A program made the position numbers and the translations under genes. From contig NW_026889790.1 of NCBI RefSeq assembly GCF_033153115.1, positions 4,712,001 to 4,776,000 of the forward strand: 64,000 bases of DNA, written 5' to 3'. This stretch comes from Saccostrea echinata (Eukaryota). The notes under the pieces were generated by a model. It searched no databases and was not told where the DNA came from. It worked only from the letters and a program-made list of their open reading frames with translations. How positions within the stretch are numbered: the first letter of the stretch is position 1; each line of letters opens with the position of its first letter. Below, one piece after another: positions 27,154-40,900 of this stretch.

Positions 27154-29561
27154 GGCCCATAGGCCACAATGTTCACCTGAGTCAATAAGGCTCTGCTGTT
27201 TTTCATCAGCAGATTTTTTTCTTTTATATATTCCTAGTATGTAAAACTTTTATCCCTTTTGTGACCCTAACCTACCCCAAGACGTCATGATTTGACCAAA
27301 CTCGAATCTACTCTATCTTTTAGGGAAAAAAATCTTTAAAAATCTTCTTCTCAGGAACAGCAAAGTCATGATTAATCATACTGATATGAAAGCATCCTCA
27401 GGTAGTGTAGATTCAAGTTTGTTCAAATCTTGACCCCAAGGGGTAGGGTTGGGTCAAAATGGGGGATCAAAGTTTTACTTAAGAATATATAGGAAAAAAA
27501 GATCTTTAAAAATCTTCTCAAGAACAGCAAAGCCATGAATAGTCAAATGAATATGGAAGCATCCTCTGAGAGTGTAAATTCAAGTTTGTTCTAATCATGA
27601 CACCTGGTGGTAAGGTGTTGTCACAACAGGGATTAAAGTTTAACATAGGAATATATAAAAGAAAAAACTGCTGAAGAAGAATAGCAGGGCCATATTGACT
27701 CAGGTGATCATTGTGGCCCATGGAACTCGTTATCTTTGCATTCTTTTATCAGTATGTTTAGTGCTAAAGTGTGCTTTGATGTTTCACCTTACTTTTGCAA
27801 TACATTTGTATTATATACATGTACATGTACATCAGTGTTATTCATAACTGTAAAATCTATCTCCTCTTTCTTACTTTTTAAAAATATTCAAGATATCATT
27901 AAAACTAGGGCAAATCTAATATGGGTTATAACTCTTGTAAAACACTCCAGTCTTGCATTTATTTATACAACTGTACACCAGTACATGTGTACTTACCATG
28001 GCAACATCTCCCAGACCCAGCTGTGCACGCCCCAGTGTCTGATGACCCACCCACCACAAAGGGTTGATCTCTGTACACTTGACGGCAGCTTGGACTGCTG
28101 GGTAAACCTCATTCAGGAGCAAATAACTCTGTCATAATAAAGAGAAGAACGTATTCTGTTCACAGTAAATGTCTCAAATAAGGGTTTGCATGTGAAAGTG
28201 GGACTGTGAAAAAAATAAGCATGTGTACTCAAATACAACAGATTCCTTGATGAAAAAAGACTCTAAAAGTCTATAAAATATTTTTTGTTTATATTGAGTT
28301 AGTGTTCAAACCTGAGCCCTCATTTCATGGAGAGTTTCATCATTGGGATTAAGTCCTAGTGCCTCTTCCCACTTAGAAATGGCCTCCCAGTATCTATAAA
28401 CAAAAGTCACAGCCAGTTTTGGTGCAAGCAAGTATCTTAAAAAAAAATGCTTGACAATGAAATTTATTAATTATCGGTACTTCTTTAATTCAAAATTTTC
28501 ATATTATACTGATTAAAAAAGATATTTTCACCTTACTTTTGTAACACCACAAAGTACTGATTGGGTAAAAACAGAAGGATGTCTCTGTTAAATATGGCTA
28601 CTCTGTTGGAATACATTGTTTGCAGAATAGAAATAAATGTTAGTACTATCATTATGGGATTGTTTGAGACTTTGGATTAACATCTTTGTTAATTTGTTTG
28701 AAAATTAATCAGCTTGTGATTTATATTTTACTACAAATTTCTTGACAATGATGTATATCTGAAAACAAATTTTAACGCTCACATTCAAAAATACTTAATA
28801 TTGTTAGTAAACTTGTCAAAGGAAACCTTATTTTCTTCTTCAAACTGCAACATAAGTTGGGTCATGAAAGATTGTTGGTGCATATGCATGAAAATATATA
28901 TGTTTTGTACAGATTTTTAAACAAAAGTTGTGCTTATCACAATAGGTGGACAATAGGTGGTTAAAAAAGAGAAAAAAATTAAATTATGGAAGACTGGACA
29001 ACAGAGTTGGAGTTAATTTCATTGTTTATTTATTGGAGGGGGATACCATTAGTTTGTTTCTTTTTAGGCTAGAATGTGTCTATATCAGTCTGTATACATG
29101 TACTGTATGTATGTAGTGGTGTCTGAAATTTGTATCTGTGAGTATCAGGATATTAATAGTAGGTACAGTAATAAATCATCTAATTATTGTATAAAACTTG
29201 ACCAGTCTGGTTTTGAAGCAGCATTCATGAAGTTTCAGTCTCATAGTTTATCTGTAATGCTACTAGTGTTGTGATGACTTATGTGCAGAAGGAGTTGTTT
29301 TCTTTGAAACATTTCAAGTTTCCGTACATACTGTGCTTCACTCTACCTTTCTGATTCGGCCAGTAGACTTCCTTCTTGTTTAAGACGTTCACTTTTTGCC
29401 CAGCTGTCCTCTAGACAAATGACCTTCCTCTTTGGTGCCAAGGTCAGCCAGTCCACTTCCTCTAGGTTGTCATGGTGACCTTTACTGTTGTCCTGGAAAC
29501 TCTGTGACAATTTCTTGGACACATTCCCACCAAGCTTTCTCTTCCAGCCAAATGATGTCAT
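26528..29561 (-). CDS. TTC33: Tetratricopeptide repeat protein 33, about 312 aa
   Basis: Exons 29561-29347 (MTSFGWKRKLG), 28393-28312 (YWEAISKWEEAL), 28128-27997 (QTLGRAQLGLG), 27037-26528 (LWKEDLLWA). Confidence 0.94.
27151..27731. mobile_element. Two HINE 3' halves fused in inverted orientation
   Basis: 27151-27315 is the reverse complement of about 27575-27725; ~166-bp satellite units lie between. Confidence 0.8.
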
Positions 29562-30118
29562 GGCACCTGTGACATAAGTAAAAGCAAATTCAATTTAAAG
29601 ATTTTCAAAACAAGGACAATTTGAAAAATAATCAGAAGAGGCAGATGGTTGTTGAAATAATGGGAGATTTTATCTCTCCTGCCAGGAGAATGATGAATCA
29701 TATGTATGACTTGTGCTAAGTAAAGCGACATGTATAGAATAGAATAGAATTGAATACAGCATTTATTACCAATTCTTATACCATTATCGCAAAGATCAAA
29801 GAGATGCAGCAGCCATTATTATCCTATAAATCATGAACATCATCAACAAATTCTCAATAAATTTAAATCGGTTTCCTCTAATTTTGACTGTGTTCACTAG
29901 GAAAAAGATAGATGTATTTTTTTTACTGTGATGCAAATTGGTGGGAAAATTTTTACTTTGGGTTCAGATTACATCACACTTTTTCCAATGCTTGAGATAC
30001 AAATGAATGAGCCGTCGAGTAGAGGAATCGATTGTGATGTCATAAGACACTCCTGATGACGTCCAAATCTAGCTTCTGCATTTATTTATCAAAGTTTAAA
30101 TATTTGCCAAAGCAGAAT

Positions 30119-30300
30119 AGAAATAATTCACTTGTCGTCAGATTTGTTGGAGAATTTTCCCCTCAGTCTTCAGATTTTGTTGGCAAATCTTAATAAAAAC
30201 CTCGATCGCCCCTAGGGCTTGTTTTTTATTTGCCAACAAAATCTCTCAACTATCGGGGTATATTCTCCAACAATCCACCTATATATGCAGGAATTATTTC
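30119..30300. repeat. Imperfect palindrome (probable non-autonomous element)
   Basis: aaataattc...ttgttggagaat...gattttgttggcaaat mirrored by atttgccaacaaaatc...attctccaacaa...gaattattt. Confidence 0.7.
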
Positions 30301-30912
30301 CTAAATCAGGGCCTACAGGGGCATAAACATATAACATATATATTTATATATTATATTTAAGTCAAGGATCGAATTAAATTGATTTCTTGTTGATTTGCAA
30401 ATCATTAGCTTACTTTACTGGTGTTTTATCATGTTTTAATAAAATATATATCAACCAATTAGCGACATTTAACATAAGTTAACTCAAAGACCTAAAGCAA
30501 AGTGTTTGCTTTAGGTCTATGGTTAACTGTATTACAAATAAATACTGGCAAAATTAATACCGTGTGATCGTCAAATTATACATATATATATCTTAATTAA
30601 TATATTATGTTACTTTAAGAACTTACACACAACATCTAAATTAAAAGAGCTATTCAAAGTGGCATCATTCAGTTCTCAAAGTTTCAAACTGTCGAATGTG
30701 CAGTAGAGGCCTGTTTATTTTTTCTCTCTCTACTTTCACTTTCGTATTTTGTGTACACAAACTTTTATTAGATTACATGTAAACCTGGATGTTAACATTT
30801 ATTCAGCTGATTCATAAAATAATGTTTGAAATAACATTGCAGTTTTTCATTATTCTTTGAATTTTGATATGTTTATTTTTCGAACGACTTGTCGAAAATT
30901 ACTATCCGGAAG

Positions 30913-31660
30913 GGTTGTATGTTCGTTCGCCCTAAAACTTGTTCGCCCTTGACGCCGTTCGCCCTCATTCTCGTTCGCCCAGAGTCCGTTCGCCCTAAAA
31001 CTTGTTCGCCCAAGGTCTGTTCGCCCTATTTATATTGCAGAAAGTTGAATAATAAAGCAATGGATTTTTTTAATACTTTATATGTACATTGGAATAAAAA
31101 TTGCACATGGGAAACAACGGACGTATGCATAGTCACACTAAATACCTGTCCTATCAAAGACCCGGCAGACCAACAGAAATTCGGTAAATATTTTGGTTTT
31201 ATTGCTCATCCGCTGCTCAGCTCCATAATGGGCCTATTAACGTCTCAGTCCTTTAATTGTTTTCAAAACATACCGCGGATTGTTAAAAAAAAAACACGGA
31301 TATGATCCCCTAAATTGCAGTGACATTATTAGGTATAATTAAACCAATTAAGCATGTAAAAAGCATTAATATCAAATTTGAATAGTTTAATAAAGAACAA
31401 ATTAACTATGTCAACATTGGGGGAAAAGAGAAAAAAAAACACGACTTCAAGTCGTAAAATACTGAATAAAATAAATAAAATAAATCATAAATGATGATAA
31501 ACAATAATATTAACTATATACTGTATATATATGTATATATATATTAGAGCGAACGAGATATAGGGCGAACGAGAAATAGGGCGAACCAGAATTAGGGCGA
31601 ACGGACCTTGCGCGAACGGACTCATGCGAACAGGTAGATAGGGCGAACGGACCCAATACC
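30913..31660. mobile_element. MULE-type MITE with GTTCGCCC subterminal repeats and a 9-bp TSD (ATCCGGAAG)
   Basis: TSD at 30904-30912 and 31661-31669; GG...CC termini; gttcgccc array on the left and gggcgaac array on the right. Confidence 0.9.
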
Positions 31661-31662
31661 AT

Positions 31663-31677
31663 CCGGAAGTGACGTAA
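31663..31677 (+). promoter_or_regulatory. ETS-CRE composite motif CCGGAAGTGACGTAA in the putative TTC33/PIF1 bidirectional promoter
   Basis: Motif lies about 55 nt upstream of a probable PIF1 5'UTR donor (CTC|GTGAGT, 31730), between two divergently transcribed genes. Confidence 0.6.
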
Positions 31678-31952
31678 TTTCGAAAACATTTTGAATTTGG
31701 GAATCTGACTGACAGAAAGTGCTTCACTCGTGAGTTTTTCTTTTGGGATCTACATATTAATTAAATGTAATTCATTTGTTAAAGATATATCTCGATAATT
31801 TTCTAACTGATTTCTCACTGGACAAATTTGGATGAAAACAAAATTTTAGAAAATCCTGCTGTTGATTTTATATTTTCACTTTTTGGAGTGTCAGTAATAT
31901 GTGTGGAGTAAATTGATTTTTTTTTTTTTTTTTTTTTTTAGAAAATACAAAC

Positions 31953-34900
31953 ATGGAAAGACTTCAGTGTACATTGGCTGTAGAAGAGCTTTCAAAAGCT
32001 GGTGATGTCCAGAAATCCAGCATTCACAAAAACATTTTCATCTCGGTGGGACGCAATGAATTCAGAGATGTTGTACTTAAGGTGGAACTTCAGAAAAAAG
32101 ATTTGAAATTTTCACTGAGAGAATTAAGAATTCACAAAAAGTTTGCAAAGGATGGAAAATCAACAATCAGAATCCCTGACAAAAACATGAATTTGTTAAT
32201 TAGTAATTGTCCACCAGATAAATTGATATATTTCTTAAAGTTGCTAAGTACCAAGTTTGAATGTGGACGACTAAAAGGTTTTATATCAGAAAGAAAGAAA
32301 CTTCTGTCAGATGTGCCAAAGTCATTTGAAGAAATCAGCCCACTTACCATCAAAGACTTGAAGACTGTTCATGAGGCAAGGGCTAAAGAATTGGAATCAA
32401 AACCTGATATGTTTACACCAAAAGGAAAAGGTGTTGGAAAAAGGAAAAGATCCATTGAGGATGACAAAGAAAACCGACCAGTCCAGAAAAGTAAGTTCAT
32501 GTGCAGCAGTCTTAACCCATCAGCCATCGCTGTGCCTGTCAAACTCAGCAAAGAACAAAATACAATACTGGATGCTGTCCTTCAAGGAAAAAATGTGTTT
32601 TTCACAGGGAGTGCAGGGACAGGGAAGTCTTTCCTGATGAGGAGAATAATTGGTAAATTATTTAACTAACTATAGTCACTTAATGATAAAGTGTACAGTA
32701 ATGGTTTATGATCACAAGTATATATATGTATGCATTTTGGACCAACAATAAAAAATGATTAGTTTGATCATCTTCGCTAGCCAAGGGTTTCTGATACGCT
32801 ACTCTCCTCATAAACCCTTGGCATACGGTGCTGACAAAAGACGGGATTGTTTTCGTCATGTGATCACGATTCTTCCAGGTATGCACAGATTGCGTCATCG
32901 ACAGAAATAAAAAACGTATTTTAAAAAATAATGTATTTTTAAGAATAATTAACAAGAAGGTATTGAGTTATGTTAATTTGTTATTTAAACATGTTAAAAT
33001 GCAAATCTACATCCTCAGTATGGGTACTACTAAACAGAGAACCCTAGAGAACTCTAAAGAACCTTAGAGAACCCTAATGTTTTTGAATTATTTATGGTCT
33101 GTAAATGAAATTTGTATGTATTAGATAACCAGTATATCAAACAAAAACAAAATCAAATTTGAAAAAAGAACATTTTGACACATTTTATGAATAATTTTAA
33201 CAGATTACTAATCTCTGAAGACTTTTATCATATCTTTCATTATGTAAGTAATAAGAAATTAATTTTATTCATACGTTTTACATTAAAGTGAATGGCTAAG
33301 AAGAGTTATACATAACTTTAAAAATAGTATTAAATAAAAAAAAATGTGAAAAAGAATTGTAAACTTGTGATAAAATTAATAATAAACGTTTTTGAAATTC
33401 CATCGAGATCGGGATGACATAAAATATTTCGCCATCTACCTGTTTACGTTTTTCAACTATTTTCGGCGGAAAACATTCATAAAATAACTTTATTACTGAC
33501 TATATAGATAGAATATGATTTTTAAAGTAAAAATCAACCCAATTATGCCTAATATTTATTTGAATTCACCAAATAAACCTTGAGTTCTCTAGGGTTCTCT
33601 AGAGTTCTCTAGGGTTCTCTGTTTAGTAGGACCGCCTCAGTATAGATTCTTATTAATAATGACATATTTTGCACGTAGCTTAAGATATTGGATGACACCA
33701 TATAGCTATTCATAGAATGGCATGTTGTCTTACGGATCGTTGTTTACTTGCGTTTTTCACTCCCGATATTAAAGAGTCAAGATATATCCCGAACGCAAAT
33801 ATCGTCATTTACAAAAAACAATTGCTGATTGGTCGAATGGTGTCGATCAACTCCAATCACAACTTGAGAAAAAAATCCCAACTTTTTTTAACATCGTATG
33901 CCAAGGGCTTATGAGGAGAGTAGCGTATCAGAAACCCTTGGCTAGCGAAGATGTCGTTCGATGTACTCCAACCGACTCATCATAATCGCCCTTACCTAAT
34001 CTTTTTTATCAGTATTTTAAATTCTTTTTCCTTTTTATTTTTTTTTTTTTTTTTTACAGATTATGTGTACCATTTTAAATTTAATGTCTTTCATTTTTCT
34101 AAGATGCTTTGTAGATTAAAAGATTTTATAGCAATAGACATTTAATTAAACGGTTTAGCTGTCAGGTTTCTATAATGAAAATCTCTAAGTCTGGGGATTT
34201 TACAACCTTATCAAAGTGGTAGAAAATTATTTTTTTTTAAAAAAATGCATACCTACCCTCCTTGAAAAAAGTGGGTCGGAGAACATCAAACATTTTTTGT
34301 TATGATGGCCTTGGAAGCACAACAAAGTAATTGACCACATTTCTGAATTAATAGTGAATGCACATAATTTGAATGTTCAATTAGCATGAAGAGATCTTTA
34401 TTTTTACATGTACTTTCCATCCTAGGTTCTCTTCCACCCCAGCACACATTTGCTACAGCCAGTACTGGAGTGGCTGCTTGTCACATAGGGGGAACCACAT
34501 TACATGCCTTTGCAGGTTTGTAGATTATCATTAAAGAACAATGCTAAGTTACATGCATCTGAAGAGTTTAGATAGTAGAATAGAGAAAGTTTTATTATTA
34601 ATTCTTTGATTATTAAGTACATGTACTAATATTTATTATATTGTAAATAACTCATATTTGTTTATTCGTAAAGAAGCATTTCAAAAACTACTAATATAAA
34701 GTCTTTTGTGTAATTATCAATATCAGACAAAAACTTTTGTTTGTCTTTTAACCACAACATCCACCACCCCACCCCACCCCATCCCCTAACTATTTAAAGT
34801 AAGTTTTTTTCCATGAGTCATAGATTGTTTGATCTTGCCCCTAAATGCATATGTATTTAAATTTGGTTACAAGAGAGAGTCAGGTATTTGTTTCATCCAT

Positions 34901-37900
34901 CTTTAAAAAAAAGATTTTCATTTAATATACCATGGTAATATTGGTATTTATAAACTATGAAAACTAGTGAATTTGAATGTAATCTAATTTTTGGATCTGA
35001 TCTGATTTTCTCATCTTAAAATATCTGGTGTATTCGGTAGATAACTACAGATTATTTTATTTAGTATTATAGTGTATACCTTTACAGGTTGTTGACCAAA
35101 TAATAAAAAGTATAGTGATTGTGAGGTACATACATGATTAAAGTATAAATGTTTACGATGAAAGATTAGAATTTTATTCAACCAAAATTTGATCTAACAT
35201 TGATCAATGAAATGTATATACATAATATTTTTTAATGCACCTCATAAGTGTTTTCATATCATTTGTGTGAAAACCTAAAAGATAAAATTACAGATTCTGT
35301 ATGATTCTAAAACCTGATTTTATCTTTAGGTATTGGTTCTGGATCAGCCCTTCTTGAGCAGTGTGTACAGTTAGCATCTCGGCCACAGATTGCTCAGCAG
35401 TGGAGGAAATGTCACCATCTTGTCATTGATGAAATCTCAATGGTGGATGGATCATTGTTTGACAAACTGGAGACAATAGCTCGGTAAGACTGACCTGGAA
35501 ACAGGAAGTCAACATATGTTGTGCATGTTCTGTACAATAAGCCCTTTAGTATTTAGCATAGTGATTAAGGGGAGGGAAAAAATAATAATTGCCTTCTCTC
35601 CTTATTTTCTTTTTTGGGGGGGGGATACATTTGAAGTATATAATTTATTTAAAATTGATTAAAAAAAAAATGCAATGACCCTCACTGTAAGTCTTGTTTG
35701 ATGGGAAAATTTTTGTCCGAAGAATCAGTAAGTCTCTTGTGTATATTTCCGTTACAGAGTGGTCCGTAAGAATGATAATCCTTTTGGGGGAATTCAGCTC
35801 ATTATCTGTGGGGACTTTCTGCAGCTGCCTCCCGTTACCAAGGGAACAGAGAAAAAGACATTTTGCTTTCAGGTACCGTATATACTCGCCTATAAGTCGG
35901 ATTTTTGGGAGTTAAACTTTGGTCCAAAACTTTATGTCCAACGTATAGGCGAGTTATATAAAGATATGGTATTTTAGAAGGTCAATCCCTCTTGTATAAG
36001 CTTCAAAATACAACTGAATTATAGGCGGACCGCCTTATAGGCGAGTATGTACAGTAGGTCAGAGTTCATAGTCAGTCATGGCATTCAGATAAGGCAGTGG
36101 TCAATGTGGTCTGGCTGTGGACCCCAGTATTACAGACCAATCATATAAGTTATGAAATAAACATCATTGATTGTAGACATTATATTTATTATAGAGCAAT
36201 ACTTTAAAACTTAAAAGGTATGGGCTCAGGCATTAACTTCAAGGTGTGGGCACAGGCATTTGACATTCTAAATATTTTTTTAAGCATAAATACAAATTTC
36301 AACCTAGAGGTATACATGTAAGTGCACTGTTTCCTTGTGCATGTTGTGTTACAATTTTCTTTGCTTTACCCCCAAAAGACTTTCTCTTTTTTCCGGAACA
36401 TTTTAAATTTTGCGAACCTGAAAGAAAATAAAGCATAAAACTGATAATTTATATTAAGCATATAAATGTATTCATATACATTTTTTTGTAGGCAAAATCC
36501 TGGTCAAAGTGCATTCAGGTCAACATGGAACTGAAAGAAGTGCGTCGTCAGAATGATATCTCTTTCATCAACATTCTACAGAATGTCCGCCTTGGAAAGT
36601 AAGAGATGCTTATACATAATTATTTAATATACAAAACAAAAGTAGAAACATTTCAAAGTATTTTTGAAATAATATACATGTAGTTTTGTAAAATAATTTA
36701 ATTATCAATTTCAGAAAAATATATAATTATCTTCTTCTGGATTTTCTGTAATTCAGCACTAACAGGTTTTAACATAACTTGAAAATACCAATGACAGAAA
36801 AGAAAGACTGAAGATTAGTGAATACAGGCAAATTTATCAGAATCAAGATGTCTAATCACAGGTATATTTATAAATAGGTGTAGTGAGGAAACATACCAAG
36901 TACTGAGAGAGACAGCACAACACAACATTCAAAGGAATGGTATCCTAGCAACCAGACTGTGTACTCATAAAGAAGATGTCAACAAAATCAACCTGTACCA
37001 TCTGGGTAAACTACAGGGTATGTCAAAATACTTGTACAGAACTACAGGTTATGTCAAAATACAAGAAAAAACAGGGTAGTAGAGAGGATATAACACAAAG
37101 AAATGCAAATTCTGTAAACCTACTTTTTTCCACTGGGTCATAAATCCTTAAAAAACAATTTCTGTTTATTCCCAAAGCCTTTGGGAATAAACGAGCACCG
37201 GAGAAAATTGAACATAAAAGAATAAATGTCGTTACAAGCATGGCGGATCGCCGAAACCTGGAAGTAAGCGAAAGTTACAAGATGAAAATGCAATGGAATC
37301 TCCTAGAAAGAAGTTTGCCAAAGAAATTACACAAAATGCATTTGAATGGTATGAATTGGATTCTGAAAAAAAGTGGCACTGTACTTTGTGTAGAGCTGCA
37401 GGTATGGACAATCCATATGCACGAGGCCACGAAAAACCAGCAAAAACAACAAACCATATGCGACATGCATCCTGTAAGTTTTTTGTTTTATTTATTTATT
37501 TTTTGTTTGTTAGTTTTAGATTTATTTGTTTGCATGAAATAATTTTCGTTTGAGTACTTTCTGAGGGATAAACCTTAAAAGTTTATTTTTTGTATTTAGT
37601 GTCTGCACTCAAAATAGTTTTTATCTGAATAATTTTTATCAGTATTTTTTTTTCATACAGTAACTTTATAATTTTTAGCAAGTTTTCAATTGAATACTTT
37701 GGGAAAAAATTAAGCTCACAGTAAAAACAAAATTAATAAAAATGACATTTCAACAATTTTATTTCAGCTCAGCTCCATTTGACTGCCATAACAAAGTCTA
37801 AACTGGCCAAACAGCAACCACTCCAGAAGCTACTAGCCAGTAAACTTGACAAAGATGAGCAAGTCATCACCCACTACATTAAATGTGCTTATTTCCTTGC

Positions 37901-40900
37901 TAAGAGAGAGCTACCTAAGGAAGAATTTCATTAGTTTAATGGGTGAAATGGGGTGCCAAACACTGAAAGAAGAAAATTCTTACACCAGTTCCAAAAGTGT
38001 TGGAGAATTTCAGAGTGCATGTGCAAAAGTTATATCACTTGATCTAGTTGAAAATATAACAAACTCTGGAGTTTTTTCTATAACACTGGATGAAAGCACA
38101 GACCGCGGAAATTGAAAGCGTCTTTTACTCTATGCTCACTACCTGCAGGAGAGACAACTTGAAACACTTGAAACACGGTTTCTCTGCAATATAGAAATTT
38201 CTACACCCAAGGCAGATGCAGAGACCATAGTTAATCATGTGATTACAGAGCTGAGAGTTAAAGGCCTAGATGTGTCAAAACTTGTTGGTGTTGGAACTGA
38301 TGGAGCCAGTGTCATGACAGGGAGGAAAAATGGAGTTATTGTAAGGCTTAAAGAATACAGTCCAGCTTTAGTAGGGATTCACTGTGCTGCACACCGATGT
38401 GCCCTTGCTGCCTCACAAGCATCAAAATGTATTCCTCAACTGAAAAAATACTCAGATACAGTGGCAAACATTTTCTTTTATTTCAGTGGATCTGCACTAC
38501 GATCAAATAAGCTTAGAGAAATCCAAATGCTGCTTAACCTTCCTACACTGAAATTTGCTCAAATTCACTCTGTGAGATGGTTAAGTCTTCAGAAATCAGT
38601 TGAAATTCTCTATAGGACTTACCCTGCCCTTCTTATAGCCCTAGAGCATGAAGGAACTACCAACCCAGCTGCAAGGGGGATTCATGCAGAAGTTTCCCAG
38701 TACAATTTTATTGCAATTACTCATATGCTGATGGACATTTTGCCTTTCCTGGGTAGATTGAGCCGTATTTTCCAAACCAAGGACTTGGACCTGAGTAAAC
38801 TTAGACCAATAGTGGAAAGTACCTGTGAAGCTCTACTCGATTTCAAAGAGGCTCAAGGAATTTATGTAGATAAACTGGAGGAATTTATTACTATAGATGG
38901 GGATGAAGTTACGTACAATCGACCTGACAGTGAAAGCAAAAAATCAGTTGTTCAAGAGGCCATTGACACCAATATTGATGGGTTTGATGGATTTGAGAGC
39001 TCTGATGAAGAAATTGAGGCAGGACATGATGGAGTTCAAGTCAGATTCTTTTCTCAACAGAAAAACATTCTCAGATCTATCATGCCACAATATGTAGACA
39101 ATATAGTAAAAAATTTGAAAGACAGATTTCAAGAAAGTGGATTAATAGAAAAAATGCAAGTGTTACAACCCCTTCACATCACTTCAGCTCACAAAAAAGG
39201 AGAGTTAGCAAAATTTGGAAATGAGAGTGTAGCTGTTTTAGCTGAACATTTTGCTATCCAAGGAATAGAAACGGAACAAGTGCCTATGGAATACAAACAG
39301 TGCAAAAGACTTGTCATAGGCTCTTTCTCAACGTCTTCCTTGAGTGAAGTTTGTGAGAAACTTGGTTCAGAATATGAGGATATCCTGCCAAACCTCATCA
39401 AACTTGTTCAATGTTGCACACTGTTGCCAGTGAACAGTGCTACCTGTGAGAGGGGGTTTTCCACCCAAAATCGCATCAAATCAAGATTAAGAACAAACTT
39501 GAATAATAACTCAGTGAATGACTTAATGAGGATTTCAGAGGATGGTCCTTCAATTGAAAACTTTGACTTTGCAAAGGCCCTGAAAATCTGGAAAGATGAG
39601 AAAAAGAGAAAACTTTTTCAATCTTAAATTTTTGAACTGATGTGTACATATGTAAATACTGAACTCATTTTGTACAAGTTGACAGCCTTTTAGATTGATT
39701 ATGTGAAAATGTATTTTCATGCTATGAATTAATAACTTTTAATATAAAAAATATTTAATACATCGTTTAAAGATCTACATTTTCTGTCTCCTTAAATAGT
39801 CTTAGAATGATGGAATACTACAAAGAAATCAATGTTTTAATATATATTAAAATTTAATCAAATAATTCAATAATTAATGCGCATTGCGCGCGCTGAGAAG
39901 TCTCCCTAAAATTTGAAACTTCTCCCTAAATTTCACTGAGGGAGAAGTGAAGTCTCCCTAAATTTTTGGTCTAGGTTGGTCCCTGCAAAGGTAGAAAATT
40001 ATATGAATTTCTTGGATTGCCATTGTATGTCCTACATGCACTTTTAGTATGCTGTGACAAATTTCCACAGAAAATTTGTGACAGCATACATAATGTAATT
40101 TATTCCCACGTCGAAAAAAGCACATCTACAGTATTATAAAATAATACATATAAATATTTAAGCCCTCCTTAAAAAATTGTTTATTTGGAGGGAAAGAACT
40201 TTTTTTTTTTCAAAATTGAAGTTAAATTAAAAACAGCTGACAAAAATCTCAATAAGCAGGGAACACATTATTTTTTTTACTTTTTGTAAAAGGTAACTCC
40301 CATCAACCAAGAAACCTGTTTTTGCTTAGATCTAATGCTAATTAAAGGTTTGGGAGGCATCTGTGATAACAGGCCAAGAATTGATAAAATTTAAAAAAAA
40401 AAAACTTATTTGGTTAATTTTTTTTAGGAGGGGTCATTTCAATGAAGTGGGAGGCAATTTCAAACAAACAATTATTTTATTTTGGCCTTACCTTATCCAG
40501 TGTTTTGTCAGAGATAACCATGCTAGTAAATTCAGGATAGCAAAATAGCCTATGATATGATAACAGTTTATTGAAAGTCTTACACTGTGATGATTAAAGG
40601 AGATCTGTGAATGTAGCTTTCTAAAGCTGACATCTATAACTGAATGTTTTACACTGTGTTTGATGATTACAGGAGATGAGAAGACATTTGTAGCTCTGGA
40701 TGGAGATGAAGTTTATCAAAGTCAGCTGGAAGTTCTCTCCCCTGTCCCAAAGAAACTCAACCTTAAAGTTGGTGCTCAGGTATAAATTGTTCTTATTGTT
40801 CATTTTCTTTCTCACAGATTTTGTTGTTTTCTAGCAGTTTTGTTTAATTTTTTATTTTCTTGATAAAGAAAGCAGGGATTTGAGGACTAAATCTCTGTAA

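Noticed and set aside
37071-37090. Left TIR of the hAT element (cagggtagt)
   Set aside because: It matches the right end only at CAGGG, has no 8-bp TSD, and is better explained as a third copy of the 31-bp donor repeat.
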